From positions 46,969-110,968 of the IMG/VR virus record IMGVR_UViG_3300032313_000518: DNA of 64,000 nt; one strand, 5' to 3'. Below, in pieces: positions 1 to 8,010 of this stretch. Position 1 is the first letter of the stretch. Every line of letters begins with the position of its first letter. Both the position numbers and the translations under genes were made by a program. The notes under the pieces were generated by a model. That model had not been told where the DNA came from. It worked only from the letters and a program-made list of their open reading frames with translations, and searched no databases. This DNA is from a virus.

Positions 1-327
1 GCAATGAGATGGAGAAGAGCAACTCAATTTGAGGTTTACAATTCTACAATCATTGGATATATGAAAGGTGGTTTCTCAATGGAAAGTAATGAAACTGCAC
101 AATTCTACAAAGATGGTGTAAGTAAGTTTCAGAACAATAAAATTGGTTCATACAACTTATTAAACTTTATCAGTAAGGCAACTACTATTATTACATCGGA
201 TGTAGTTAAAACAAAAGCATTAAGTGAAGGTAATACTGAAATAACTTTAACTCCAACCGAAATAGAAACCTTATCTAAACCAATTTGGACAGCAGGTTGG
301 ACTAAATTCCCAACGAAAGGAAACTAA
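1..327 (+). CDS. C-terminal part of a Bacteroidota-type lipoprotein (beta-helix-like), truncated by the window edge
   Basis: Frame is open from position 1. MRWRRAT and terminal WTAGWT resemble lipoproteins encoded beside TonB-dependent receptors. Confidence 0.5.
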   Translation, partial: AMRWRRATQFEVYNSTIIGYMKGGFSMESNETAQFYKDGVSKFQNNKIGSYNLLNFISKATTIITSDVVKTKALSEGNTEITLTPTEIETLSKPIWTAGWTKFPTKGN

Positions 328-328
328 A

Positions 329-1042
329 ATGAAAGATAAATTAACTATCATCATCCCATCAAAAAACGAAAGCGATACTTTATATGATTGCTTACAATTT
401 TTGTATAATCAAACGGATATAGATGGTTTTAGAGTTATAGTAGCAGATATATCAGATGACCCATATTCGGTTGGTATTTTATATAAAGCAAGAAGTAATT
501 TCAAAGATAAATTAAAAATTGAAGTAATAAAAGGTGGGTATCCATCGGAAGGTAGATTGGCAGGTTCTAAACTTGCCAATACTCCTTACATTCTGTTTTT
601 AGATGCAGATGTATTTCTTACAAACCATAGTTTGTTAAGTGATATATTCAAAAAGTTGGAAACAACAAAGATAGAACTATTAACTACACCATTTCAAACT
701 TCTAAAAAATGGAATTGGGTGTTTCGTATTTTTGATATATTCCAATGGTTGAGTGTAAAGATAAACTCACCATTTGCAGTAGGTGGATTTCAGTTATGGG
801 ATAGACAAGCATATTGGAAAGTAGGGGGATATAAAAAAGATGAATTGTTTGCGGAAGATTATTCACTTTCATCAAAATCAAATCCAAAGTATTTTCATAT
901 ACATAAAACAAACGGAGTTTGGACATCACCTCGTAGATTTCAAAACAAAGGAGTATTCTATATGGTTTCTTTAATGATGCAAAGTTACATCAACAGAAAT
1001 AATCCTGAATTTTTCAAACAACATCACAATTATTGGGTTTAA
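329..1042 (+). CDS. Glycosyltransferase family 2 (GT-A)
   Basis: LTIIIPSKNE N-terminus, LFLDAD (DxD), GGF and AED motifs, TSPRRF. Confidence 0.9.
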   Translation: MKDKLTIIIPSKNESDTLYDCLQFLYNQTDIDGFRVIVADISDDPYSVGILYKARSNFKDKLKIEVIKGGYPSEGRLAGSKLANTPYILFLDADVFLTNHSLLSDIFKKLETTKIELLTTPFQTSKKWNWVFRIFDIFQWLSVKINSPFAVGGFQLWDRQAYWKVGGYKKDELFAEDYSLSSKSNPKYFHIHKTNGVWTSPRRFQNKGVFYMVSLMMQSYINRNNPEFFKQHHNYWV

Positions 1043-1044
1043 TT

Positions 1045-1140
1045 ATGGGCACTATATTTCCTTTTCTTTTTGGATTTGCAGTTGTTATAGCAGGTTGTAT
1101 TGTTATGATGATTGTAGACCAAATTTCTAAAAAAAGATAA
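1045..1140 (+). CDS. 31-aa single-pass membrane protein (not in ORF track)
   Basis: MGTIFPFLFGFAVVIAGCIVMMIVDQISKKR; fills the gap exactly and its TAA overlaps the next ATG (TAATG). Confidence 0.65.
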   Translation: MGTIFPFLFGFAVVIAGCIVMMIVDQISKKR

Positions 1141-1850
1141 TGTACAAATATATCATAGTATCAGATTTACATTTAGGTACTAAACATAGTAAAGCAAAGG
1201 AGTTCTTACAATTCATAGAAGAGAACCCATGCGAACAACTTATTCTCAATGGGGATATAGTTGATGGATGGGCATTGCAAAGAGGAACTAAATGGAGAAC
1301 ATCTCACACAAAGGTAATTGCTAAACTAATAAAACTATCCACAAAGCAAAAGGTAGTTTGGATACGGGGAAATCACGATGATTTTCTTAAAGATTTTATT
1401 GGTACTAATTTGGGTAATATAAAAATCAGAGAAGATTATATTATTACCGCAGATAAAAGATACTTCATATTTCACGGAGATATTATAGATGTATTTATTA
1501 CAAAATACAAATGGTTATCACAAATAGGAGCGGTTGGATACGATTTTGCTTTATTACTAAATGACGTGTATAATTGGTATCGTAAGTGGAGAAATCTACC
1601 TTATTATTCAATATCACAAAGAATAAAAGAGGGTGTTAAAATAGCAACCAATTATGTTAATGATTTTGAAACAACCGCAATCCGAATGGCAGGTGATAAG
1701 ATGTGTGATGGTGTTATTTGTGGACACATTCACCAACCCGCTGACAGAATGATTGGTAAAAAACACTATCTCAATTCAGGAGATTGGGTTGAGAATATGA
1801 CAGCAATCTGTATAAATGATAACAATAATATAACAATTAAAAGAATATAA
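1140..1850 (+). CDS. Metallophosphoesterase of the LpxH-like/PlcP (phospholipase C) group
   Basis: SDLHLG, GDIVDGW, GNHDD, HGD, CGHIH, NSGDW motifs. Confidence 0.85.
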   Translation: MYKYIIVSDLHLGTKHSKAKEFLQFIEENPCEQLILNGDIVDGWALQRGTKWRTSHTKVIAKLIKLSTKQKVVWIRGNHDDFLKDFIGTNLGNIKIREDYIITADKRYFIFHGDIIDVFITKYKWLSQIGAVGYDFALLLNDVYNWYRKWRNLPYYSISQRIKEGVKIATNYVNDFETTAIRMAGDKMCDGVICGHIHQPADRMIGKKHYLNSGDWVENMTAICINDNNNITIKRI

Positions 1851-1856
1851 TTGTGA

Positions 1857-1864
1857 TATTTATA
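1857..1864 (+). promoter_or_regulatory. Putative phage late promoter TATTTATA
   Basis: Recurrent intergenic octamer, 20 nt before ATG 1885. Confidence 0.65.
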
Positions 1865-1884
1865 TATACAAACTAAACAAATAA

Positions 1885-2925
1885 ATGTCATCCTCAAAAA
1901 CTCTGTTTATATTAAAAAGAAAACAAAACTATAATCTTTCAACCGATTATAGTGTTGGATTAAGCACCGGCCTGTACAATTCGGCTCAATTTATGAATCA
2001 AATGCTATTAGATGGCGGGTTTGATTCTCAAATGGTAGTTGTAAATGATAATAACGATATAGATAGAGAAGTAACTCTACACAAACCAACCCACGTTATT
2101 ATTGAAGCTCTTTGGGTTGTTCCATCTAAATTCGAAGTTCTTTGCAAATTACATCCAAACGTTAAATGGGTAATTCGTTTACATAGCGAAATACCATTTT
2201 TAGCAAATGAAGGAATGGCAATGGATTGGATTGGGGAATATAGTAAATTTGATAATATTATTATTTCTTGCAACTCACCACAAACTACCAAAGATATTGA
2301 GTTTTATATGAGTACAAAATTGGGTATTAAAAAGAATATAGCTTTTTTACCAAATTTTTATCCACAACAATATAAAACTAAATCATTCAATAAGAAAGGT
2401 GATACGATTCACATAGGATGTTTTGGTGCAATTAGACCTCTAAAAAATCATCTTATACAAGCATTTGCAGCAATTAAGTTTGCAGATGAAATTGGTAAAA
2501 AATTACATTTCCATATCAATTGCGATAGAGTTGAACAAAAAGGAGAACCAATATTAAATAACTTAATAAGTATGTTCAATCATTTAGAACATAAAGGTCA
2601 TAAGTTAGTTCATCATGAGTGGAGTGTTAGAGAGCAATTTATTCAATTATGTTCTACGATGGATATTGGAATTCAGATATCATTTAATGAAACTTTTAAT
2701 ATTGTAGGAGCTGATATAGTTTCACAAGGAGTTCCTTTGGTATCTTCACCTGAAATCCCTTGGGCTAATTCATTATTTACTGCAAGACAAACTAATACTG
2801 ATGATATTGTAGATTCACTATTATGTACTTACGCATATCCAAAAATAAATGTATTATTAAATCAAAGAGGTCTTGAAAAATATACAAATAAAACAAAACA
2901 TATTTGGTTTAAGTTTTTCAAATGA
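1885..2925 (+). CDS. GT-B fold glycosyltransferase (GT4-like)
   Basis: GCFGAIRPLKNH and SFNETFNIVGAD..GVPLV motifs. Confidence 0.75.
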   Translation: MSSSKTLFILKRKQNYNLSTDYSVGLSTGLYNSAQFMNQMLLDGGFDSQMVVVNDNNDIDREVTLHKPTHVIIEALWVVPSKFEVLCKLHPNVKWVIRLHSEIPFLANEGMAMDWIGEYSKFDNIIISCNSPQTTKDIEFYMSTKLGIKKNIAFLPNFYPQQYKTKSFNKKGDTIHIGCFGAIRPLKNHLIQAFAAIKFADEIGKKLHFHINCDRVEQKGEPILNNLISMFNHLEHKGHKLVHHEWSVREQFIQLCSTMDIGIQISFNETFNIVGADIVSQGVPLVSSPEIPWANSLFTARQTNTDDIVDSLLCTYAYPKINVLLNQRGLEKYTNKTKHIWFKFFK

Positions 2926-2933
2926 TATTTATA
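2926..2933 (+). promoter_or_regulatory. Putative late promoter TATTTATA
   Basis: Octamer 34 nt before TTG 2968. Confidence 0.55.
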
Positions 2934-2967
2934 TCCGGTTACACTTTTAAATATAAATCGGATATGA

Positions 2968-4578
2968 TTGAAAAAGTTAAAAGTTTTATTAAGTGTATTA
3001 TTCATATTCTGTCTAGCTTCCAAAGCTAACGGACAAACAACATTTACACAAACATTTATAGATAAGTGTACTGGAGAAGTAAAACTCGCCACCACTACCT
3101 ATGTCAATGGAAATGCCTTTGTATCATTCTATGACCAAATGAAAGTATTCTCACCCGAAGAAGTTCAAAGTGGTGCAATGAAAATTTGGTTACAAGCAGT
3201 TTACCTTGCTTATGCAAATAAGACTTGTGCAACTGCAACGGTAGTTCAACAAACCATTCAACAAACGGTAAACCAAGCAGTTCAACAAGCAGCATCTCAA
3301 GCGGCTCAACAGGCAGCAGCTCAAGCCGCATCACAAGCAGCAGCTCAAGCGGCTTCACAAGCAGCAGCTTCAGCCGCACAATCGGCAGCAGCTTCGGCAG
3401 CTCAATCAGCGGCAAGTTCAGCTGCATCATCTGCTGCTTCTTCTGCGGCAAGTTCAGCGGCAAGTTCAGCTGCATCATCTGCCGCTTCTTCTGCGGCTAG
3501 TGGAGCGGCTTCATCGGCAGCTGGTTCTGCGGCTAGTGGAGCAGCAGCTTCGGCAGCCGGAGCGGCAGTACCACCACCCCCACCAACTCCATCCGCACCT
3601 GCTCCTAGCGCTCCGGCTCCTTCTGGTGGAGGTTCACCTACCCCATCATCAAATAGTTCTTCTGGTGGAGGAAACGGAGGTGGTAGTTCATCACCAAAAG
3701 CAGAAGCAAAAGCTGAGGCAAAAGCTGAGGCAAAAGCCGAAGCTAAAGCTGAATCAAAATCGGAAAGTAAGAGTGAATCTAAATCAGAATCCAAATCCGA
3801 ATCCAAAGAAGAAAGTAAATCCGAAAGTAAAAGTGAGGAAAAGAAAGAAGAATCAAAATCGGAATCTAAAAAAGAAGAAAAGAAAGAAGAGAAAAAGGAA
3901 GAGAAGAAACAAAAAGCAGCACCAATAAATCCATTATTATTGGCATCGGATTTAAGTGTAGTAGAATCCGAACCTGGTAGTTGGCAGGCAATCCTATCAA
4001 CTGGTGTATCTCGTTCATCAATGGCTGGAGATGAAAGTTATTCAGCTAGTTCAATGATTTGGAGTAATCTAAAACAATTTGCCCTAAGTGGTGGTTATAC
4101 TAAGATGAACTTCAAAGATGGAGCATTACATTCTATGAACTCATACTCACTAACTGGTGCATATTTGGATAGAACCTATATGAGTTTAGTTGGATTGACA
4201 GTAATAATACCACACCCAAAGATTGGAGTATATGGATACAATGTTGGTTTAGTTAATCTATTCTCACCAAAAGAAGGTGGGGGATATGGATATAGTGTAA
4301 GTAATTCTGGTGTTCTATTTTGGACTAAACCATATCAAACTACAAAGAAATTAACACTATCACCGCAAGTGTTTACAATGTTACCTGGTGGAAGTTGGGA
4401 TACAACCAATGGTACATTCACTTATAGTTCCGATGTTGGATTATTATTGGGTACTTCGATTGATTACAAAATCAGTAAACGTTTTGGATTTAGTTTTAAT
4501 TACAAAATCAATACGTCTACTGCTGCAGGGGCTCCGATATTAAGTAACTTTTTAATTGGTTCTAGATTGATGCTTTAA
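2968..4578 (+). CDS. Exported protein with long low-complexity tether and probable C-terminal outer-membrane beta-barrel
   Basis: Signal peptide (MKKLKVLLSVLFIFCLASKANG); Ala/Gln/Ser, Pro and KAEA/ESKS/KEEK repeats; amphipathic beta-strand C-terminal domain. Confidence 0.65.
   Translation: MKKLKVLLSVLFIFCLASKANGQTTFTQTFIDKCTGEVKLATTTYVNGNAFVSFYDQMKVFSPEEVQSGAMKIWLQAVYLAYANKTCATATVVQQTIQQTVNQAVQQAASQAAQQAAAQAASQAAAQAASQAAASAAQSAAASAAQSAASSAASSAASSAASSAASSAASSAASSAASGAASSAAGSAASGAAASAAGAAVPPPPPTPSAPAPSAPAPSGGGSPTPSSNSSSGGGNGGGSSSPKAEAKAEAKAEAKAEAKAESKSESKSESKSESKSESKEESKSESKSEEKKEESKSESKKEEKKEEKKEEKKQKAAPINPLLLASDLSVVESEPGSWQAILSTGVSRSSMAGDESYSASSMIWSNLKQFALSGGYTKMNFKDGALHSMNSYSLTGAYLDRTYMSLVGLTVIIPHPKIGVYGYNVGLVNLFSPKEGGGYGYSVSNSGVLFWTKPYQTTKKLTLSPQVFTMLPGGSWDTTNGTFTYSSDVGLLLGTSIDYKISKRFGFSFNYKINTSTAAGAPILSNFLIGSRLML
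3241..3915 (+). repeat. Coding low-complexity repeats (QAAS/SAAS, poly-Pro, KAEA, ESKS, KEEK)
   Basis: 12-nt periodic repeats visible in both DNA and protein. Confidence 0.9.
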
Positions 4579-4715
4579 GAAATAACTTCTTTATCTATAT
4601 GTAAAGGTTCAGTATGTTGTCTTTGCTTTCTAACACCATAATGAGTTGTTGTTTTTGCAATTGTAGCTCCTAAAGAACCACAAATTAAAATTATTGTAAT
4701 TAATAAATTTATCAT
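4575..4715 (-). CDS. 46-aa small membrane protein (not in ORF track)
   Basis: MINLLITIILICGSLGATIAKTTTHYGVRKQRQHTEPLHIDKEVIS; minus-strand TACTTATA upstream; stop overlaps the convergent gene's stop. Confidence 0.6.
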   Translation of the reverse strand: MINLLITIILICGSLGATIAKTTTHYGVRKQRQHTEPLHIDKEVIS

Positions 4716-4753
4716 TTTTTTGTATTATTTGTATTGTTTTATCACTTTTCTAA

Positions 4754-4761
4754 TATAAGTA
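4754..4761 (-). promoter_or_regulatory. Putative late promoter TACTTATA (minus strand)
   Basis: TATAAGTA on +, 38 nt upstream of minus-strand ATG 4715. Confidence 0.5.
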
Positions 4762-4870
4762 TTGGAAAAATACTAAAAAGATAATAAAAATAGGATTTTC
4801 CCAATAAGTTAAAAAAGGTTCTTTATATAATACAAAAATATTATAATTTTATTGATTATTAAGTATTTAA

Positions 4871-4878
4871 TATTTATT
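4871..4878 (+). promoter_or_regulatory. Putative late promoter TATTTATT
   Basis: Octamer variant 19 nt before ATG 4898. Confidence 0.55.
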
Positions 4879-4897
4879 GGTGTAAAAAATATACATT

Positions 4898-5524
4898 ATG
4901 AACACGTTTCTTAAATTAGGTGTAATCGTTATAGCAATCGCAGTTGGAATATTTATATTCCGTGAATGTTCTTCATCGGATACGCCGGGTGAAACTGTGA
5001 ATGTGGATGGTAAAAAGTATGAGTTAATAAAACACAAAATTGATACTTTTGTTGTTGAGCACACTCAAATAAAATATAAAAGAGGACAAGATATCTACCA
5101 CGAAACAATTGTGGAAAAAGAAAAGAGAGTAGAAGTACCTATTTATATTAAATCTGATAGTGAAAGAATTGTCAGAGAGTATCATCAAAAAGTTTTGTAT
5201 AAAGATAAGTTAGTATTAGAAAATAATTTGGGAACAATTGAATTAACTGATACTATATCTATGAATAAGATTATTGGCAGAAAGTGGAACGCTCAAATAA
5301 GAGAAAGAACCATAACTGATACCAAAATAGTAAAAGAGTTACCAAAGAATCAAGTCTACATTGGAGCACAAACTATAATTGGGAATTCAACTGTAATGGC
5401 TGGACCACAACTTACATTGAAAACTAAAAAAGATAATATGTATGGTGCCGGAGTATTGATTGATGGTAATGGAAACAAATACTTAGGAGTTTCAGTTGGT
5501 TGGAAAATTAGACTTAAAAAATAA
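4898..5524 (+). CDS. Membrane-anchored protein with C-terminal beta-strands (possible spanin-like envelope protein)
   Basis: N-terminal hydrophobic helix followed by Cys; C-terminal amphipathic strands ending GVSVGWKIRLKK. Confidence 0.5.
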   Translation: MNTFLKLGVIVIAIAVGIFIFRECSSSDTPGETVNVDGKKYELIKHKIDTFVVEHTQIKYKRGQDIYHETIVEKEKRVEVPIYIKSDSERIVREYHQKVLYKDKLVLENNLGTIELTDTISMNKIIGRKWNAQIRERTITDTKIVKELPKNQVYIGAQTIIGNSTVMAGPQLTLKTKKDNMYGAGVLIDGNGNKYLGVSVGWKIRLKK

Positions 5525-5525
5525 A

Positions 5526-6332
5526 ATGCTCAACGAGTGTATCATTGTATCTAAAGAAGTTGGTGATAAGTTCATCTTAGCTAAAAATAGAGATAGAGCT
5601 TACAAACCAAAATTAGAAATTATCCACACTATCATAAATGGTGTGGAGGTTGCATACATTCACGATATGATTACCGATTGGAGTGAGGGTATGAACGAGT
5701 TTGGAATTGGTATTGTAAATTCAGCTCTAATGGTAGGACATGATGAGGCAGAAGCAAAGTTGGTAAAGAAGAGTGGTAAACCATCCAAAGATGGAAAGAA
5801 AATTAGAACTGCACTTTCACAAAAAACTTTAAGAGAAGCAATCAAAGCAGCAGTATTAACTGATGGTGGTGTAAACGGACATACATTTGTTTCATCTCCA
5901 AAGTATATGGTTAGTATTGAAAAGACATCAAAACACAGACCTAATATTATTTTACACAATATGGAAAATCCAGTTGTTCGTACAAATCACGGACATATGT
6001 TTACTGATGCTGGATACACACATGGACAAAAATACTTATCATCTAAAATGAGAAAGATATCAGCTGAAAAATCAGTTGATAAAGTTGAAGATTGGAAAGA
6101 GATTGCAAATGCAATGAGAAAAGAATTCTTTCCAAAACAATCTCAACTTAATATGGCAAGAAAATCTAAAGAGATGTTCACATCATCTCAAACTGTACTT
6201 AACCTTACTGATAGAATATTACAAATAGAATATTTTACTGATAACGTCCAAGAGTTTGTTGGTATAACTAATAAGTTACCAAAGGACTACAAAGCTAAAA
6301 TCAGTATCGTAGTAAAACCAATTCAATCCTAA
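5526..6332 (+). CDS. Ntn-hydrolase (NRDE/C45/C59-like); start corrected to ATG 5526
   Basis: CIIV...LAKNRDR, EGMNEFGIGI and RTNH motifs; ATG lies just after the upstream stop. Confidence 0.75.
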   Translation: MLNECIIVSKEVGDKFILAKNRDRAYKPKLEIIHTIINGVEVAYIHDMITDWSEGMNEFGIGIVNSALMVGHDEAEAKLVKKSGKPSKDGKKIRTALSQKTLREAIKAAVLTDGGVNGHTFVSSPKYMVSIEKTSKHRPNIILHNMENPVVRTNHGHMFTDAGYTHGQKYLSSKMRKISAEKSVDKVEDWKEIANAMRKEFFPKQSQLNMARKSKEMFTSSQTVLNLTDRILQIEYFTDNVQEFVGITNKLPKDYKAKISIVVKPIQS

Positions 6333-6348
6333 CTTTTTATAGTTTAGA

Positions 6349-6356
6349 TATTTATA
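6349..6356 (+). promoter_or_regulatory. Putative late promoter TATTTATA
   Basis: Octamer 27 nt before ATG 6384. Confidence 0.65.
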
Positions 6357-6383
6357 TACAAGCAATATATAAATAAAATTACT

Positions 6384-6776
6384 ATGTCAACCGATTTCGA
6401 ATTATTCAAAGGTAAAACATTAGGTTCACTTTTTGAGGACATCTATAATAACCAAACACAAAAGAAAGCAAAAATATCCGAACTAATCATTGAACTAAAA
6501 AAAATGGTTAGACACGCAGGTGATATGGCTGTTATAGGTCCTTTAATTAGAGATTTAATAGATACATCGGTAAAGAATGATGACCAATTGGTTAAGTTGG
6601 CAAACCTTGCTCAAAAACTAATAGTATCTGAAAAAAAATCGGAGGGGGATGATGGATTCCTTTCAGCATTTGAAAAAGAACAATTACTAAAAGATATTGA
6701 AGATACTCAATTAGAATTAGAAAGAGTAGATGAATTAGAAAACGAAATAGAGGAGCTTAAATTAAAAGTTAAATAA
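6384..6776 (+). CDS. Hypothetical coiled-coil protein
   Basis: 130-aa ORF, helical, coupled to the next gene. Confidence 0.7.
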   Translation: MSTDFELFKGKTLGSLFEDIYNNQTQKKAKISELIIELKKMVRHAGDMAVIGPLIRDLIDTSVKNDDQLVKLANLAQKLIVSEKKSEGDDGFLSAFEKEQLLKDIEDTQLELERVDELENEIEELKLKVK

Positions 6777-8009
6777 ATGTCGGAAAGAACAGACGCACTT
6801 GCAAATTTAGATAAAGAATTATTAAAAAAAGGTGTTGATTTGGTCACTATTGGATATGTTCATGATGTGATTTTAGATGAAACGCATCCAAAAGCCGAAG
6901 GTAATTCCGCTTATATTGGTGCTATTTTATATTCAAATTCAACTACCATTTCTGGTGATACTGATTTATTTATAGCACTACCAATAGATAGAAATATAAA
7001 AAATTTACCAGTAAAAAATGAAAGAGTTCAAATACATCATTTTGGTCAAAGTGAAAAATACTCTTTAATAGAAAATTCATCAAATCCATCGGTAACTGCA
7101 AATGAAAGTCAAATAGCAGGAGCTATAGCTGGTGGTTCTACTGGAAACCAACCACCACCCAAAATTGATATAGATGTAGCTGTAACTGAAACTGCAAAAA
7201 CAAATACGGATACTTCTAAAAAATACAATGGGTATGGTAAATATTATAAAGGTCAAATAGGAATTCATAATTTAAAAATGTACGAAGGTGATAATGTAAT
7301 TCAAAGTAGATTTGGACAATCGATACGTTTTAGTGGTTATAATAATCCAAACAGTACATTTTCACCAACAATCATTATTAGAAATAAAGAAACTTCACTA
7401 AATCAAGGTAACACCAAAGCCAAGATATCAGTAGAGGAGGATATAAATAGGGATGGTAGTAGTATAGTATTATCTTCCAATGAATACCAATTACCATTTC
7501 AGCCTGGTAATTTAGATGAAAAAGGAAATAGTGATTGGAGTGAAAATGCAAGTCCAATAAGTTGGCTGCCAGGTACATTTCCATCAAAATTGGTTGGTGA
7601 CCAAATTTTAATAAATTCTGGTAGAATTATAATATCATCAAAATCAGCAGAAATGCTTTTTTATTCTAAAAAAGATTATGGATTTATATCAGAGGGAATG
7701 CTTCACATAGATAATAAGCAAGGTATAAGAGCAATTGTTGGTGATAAAATACTTATAAAAACAAATAGTCAAGATATAAAATTTATAACAGACCAAGGAA
7801 AAATTGAATTAGGTAATATTAATTTAGAACCATTGGTTATGGGAAATAAATTGGTAAATATTTTAAAAGATTTAATAAGTTTAATTACTCAACAGCAATA
7901 TCTAACTCCATCTGGTCCAAGTGCGGAAGGGCCGGTAAACAAACCGCAATTTGATTCTCTAGCATCTAAATTAGATACTATATTAAGTGCTTTAAATAAA
8001 ACATCATAA
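6777..8009 (+). CDS. Baseplate hub/spike protein (gp5-like)
   Basis: EGD..IQSRFGQSIRFS, beta-repeat region, C-terminal LVMGNKL...TPSGPS; lies upstream of gp25 and gp6. Confidence 0.65.
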   Translation: MSERTDALANLDKELLKKGVDLVTIGYVHDVILDETHPKAEGNSAYIGAILYSNSTTISGDTDLFIALPIDRNIKNLPVKNERVQIHHFGQSEKYSLIENSSNPSVTANESQIAGAIAGGSTGNQPPPKIDIDVAVTETAKTNTDTSKKYNGYGKYYKGQIGIHNLKMYEGDNVIQSRFGQSIRFSGYNNPNSTFSPTIIIRNKETSLNQGNTKAKISVEEDINRDGSSIVLSSNEYQLPFQPGNLDEKGNSDWSENASPISWLPGTFPSKLVGDQILINSGRIIISSKSAEMLFYSKKDYGFISEGMLHIDNKQGIRAIVGDKILIKTNSQDIKFITDQGKIELGNINLEPLVMGNKLVNILKDLISLITQQQYLTPSGPSAEGPVNKPQFDSLASKLDTILSALNKTS

Positions 8010-8010
8010 T

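Noticed and set aside
3104-3928. Overlapping ORFs 3104-3478(-), 3225-3500(+), 3402-3806(-), 3500-3928(+)
   Set aside because: Shadow frames of the low-complexity repeats in 2968..4578.
5496-5525. ORF-track starts at 5496, 41140, 53793 and 55531
   Set aside because: These alternative starts overlap upstream genes or a terminator; ATGs at 5526, 41149, 53853 and 55570 fit coupling and promoter positions better.
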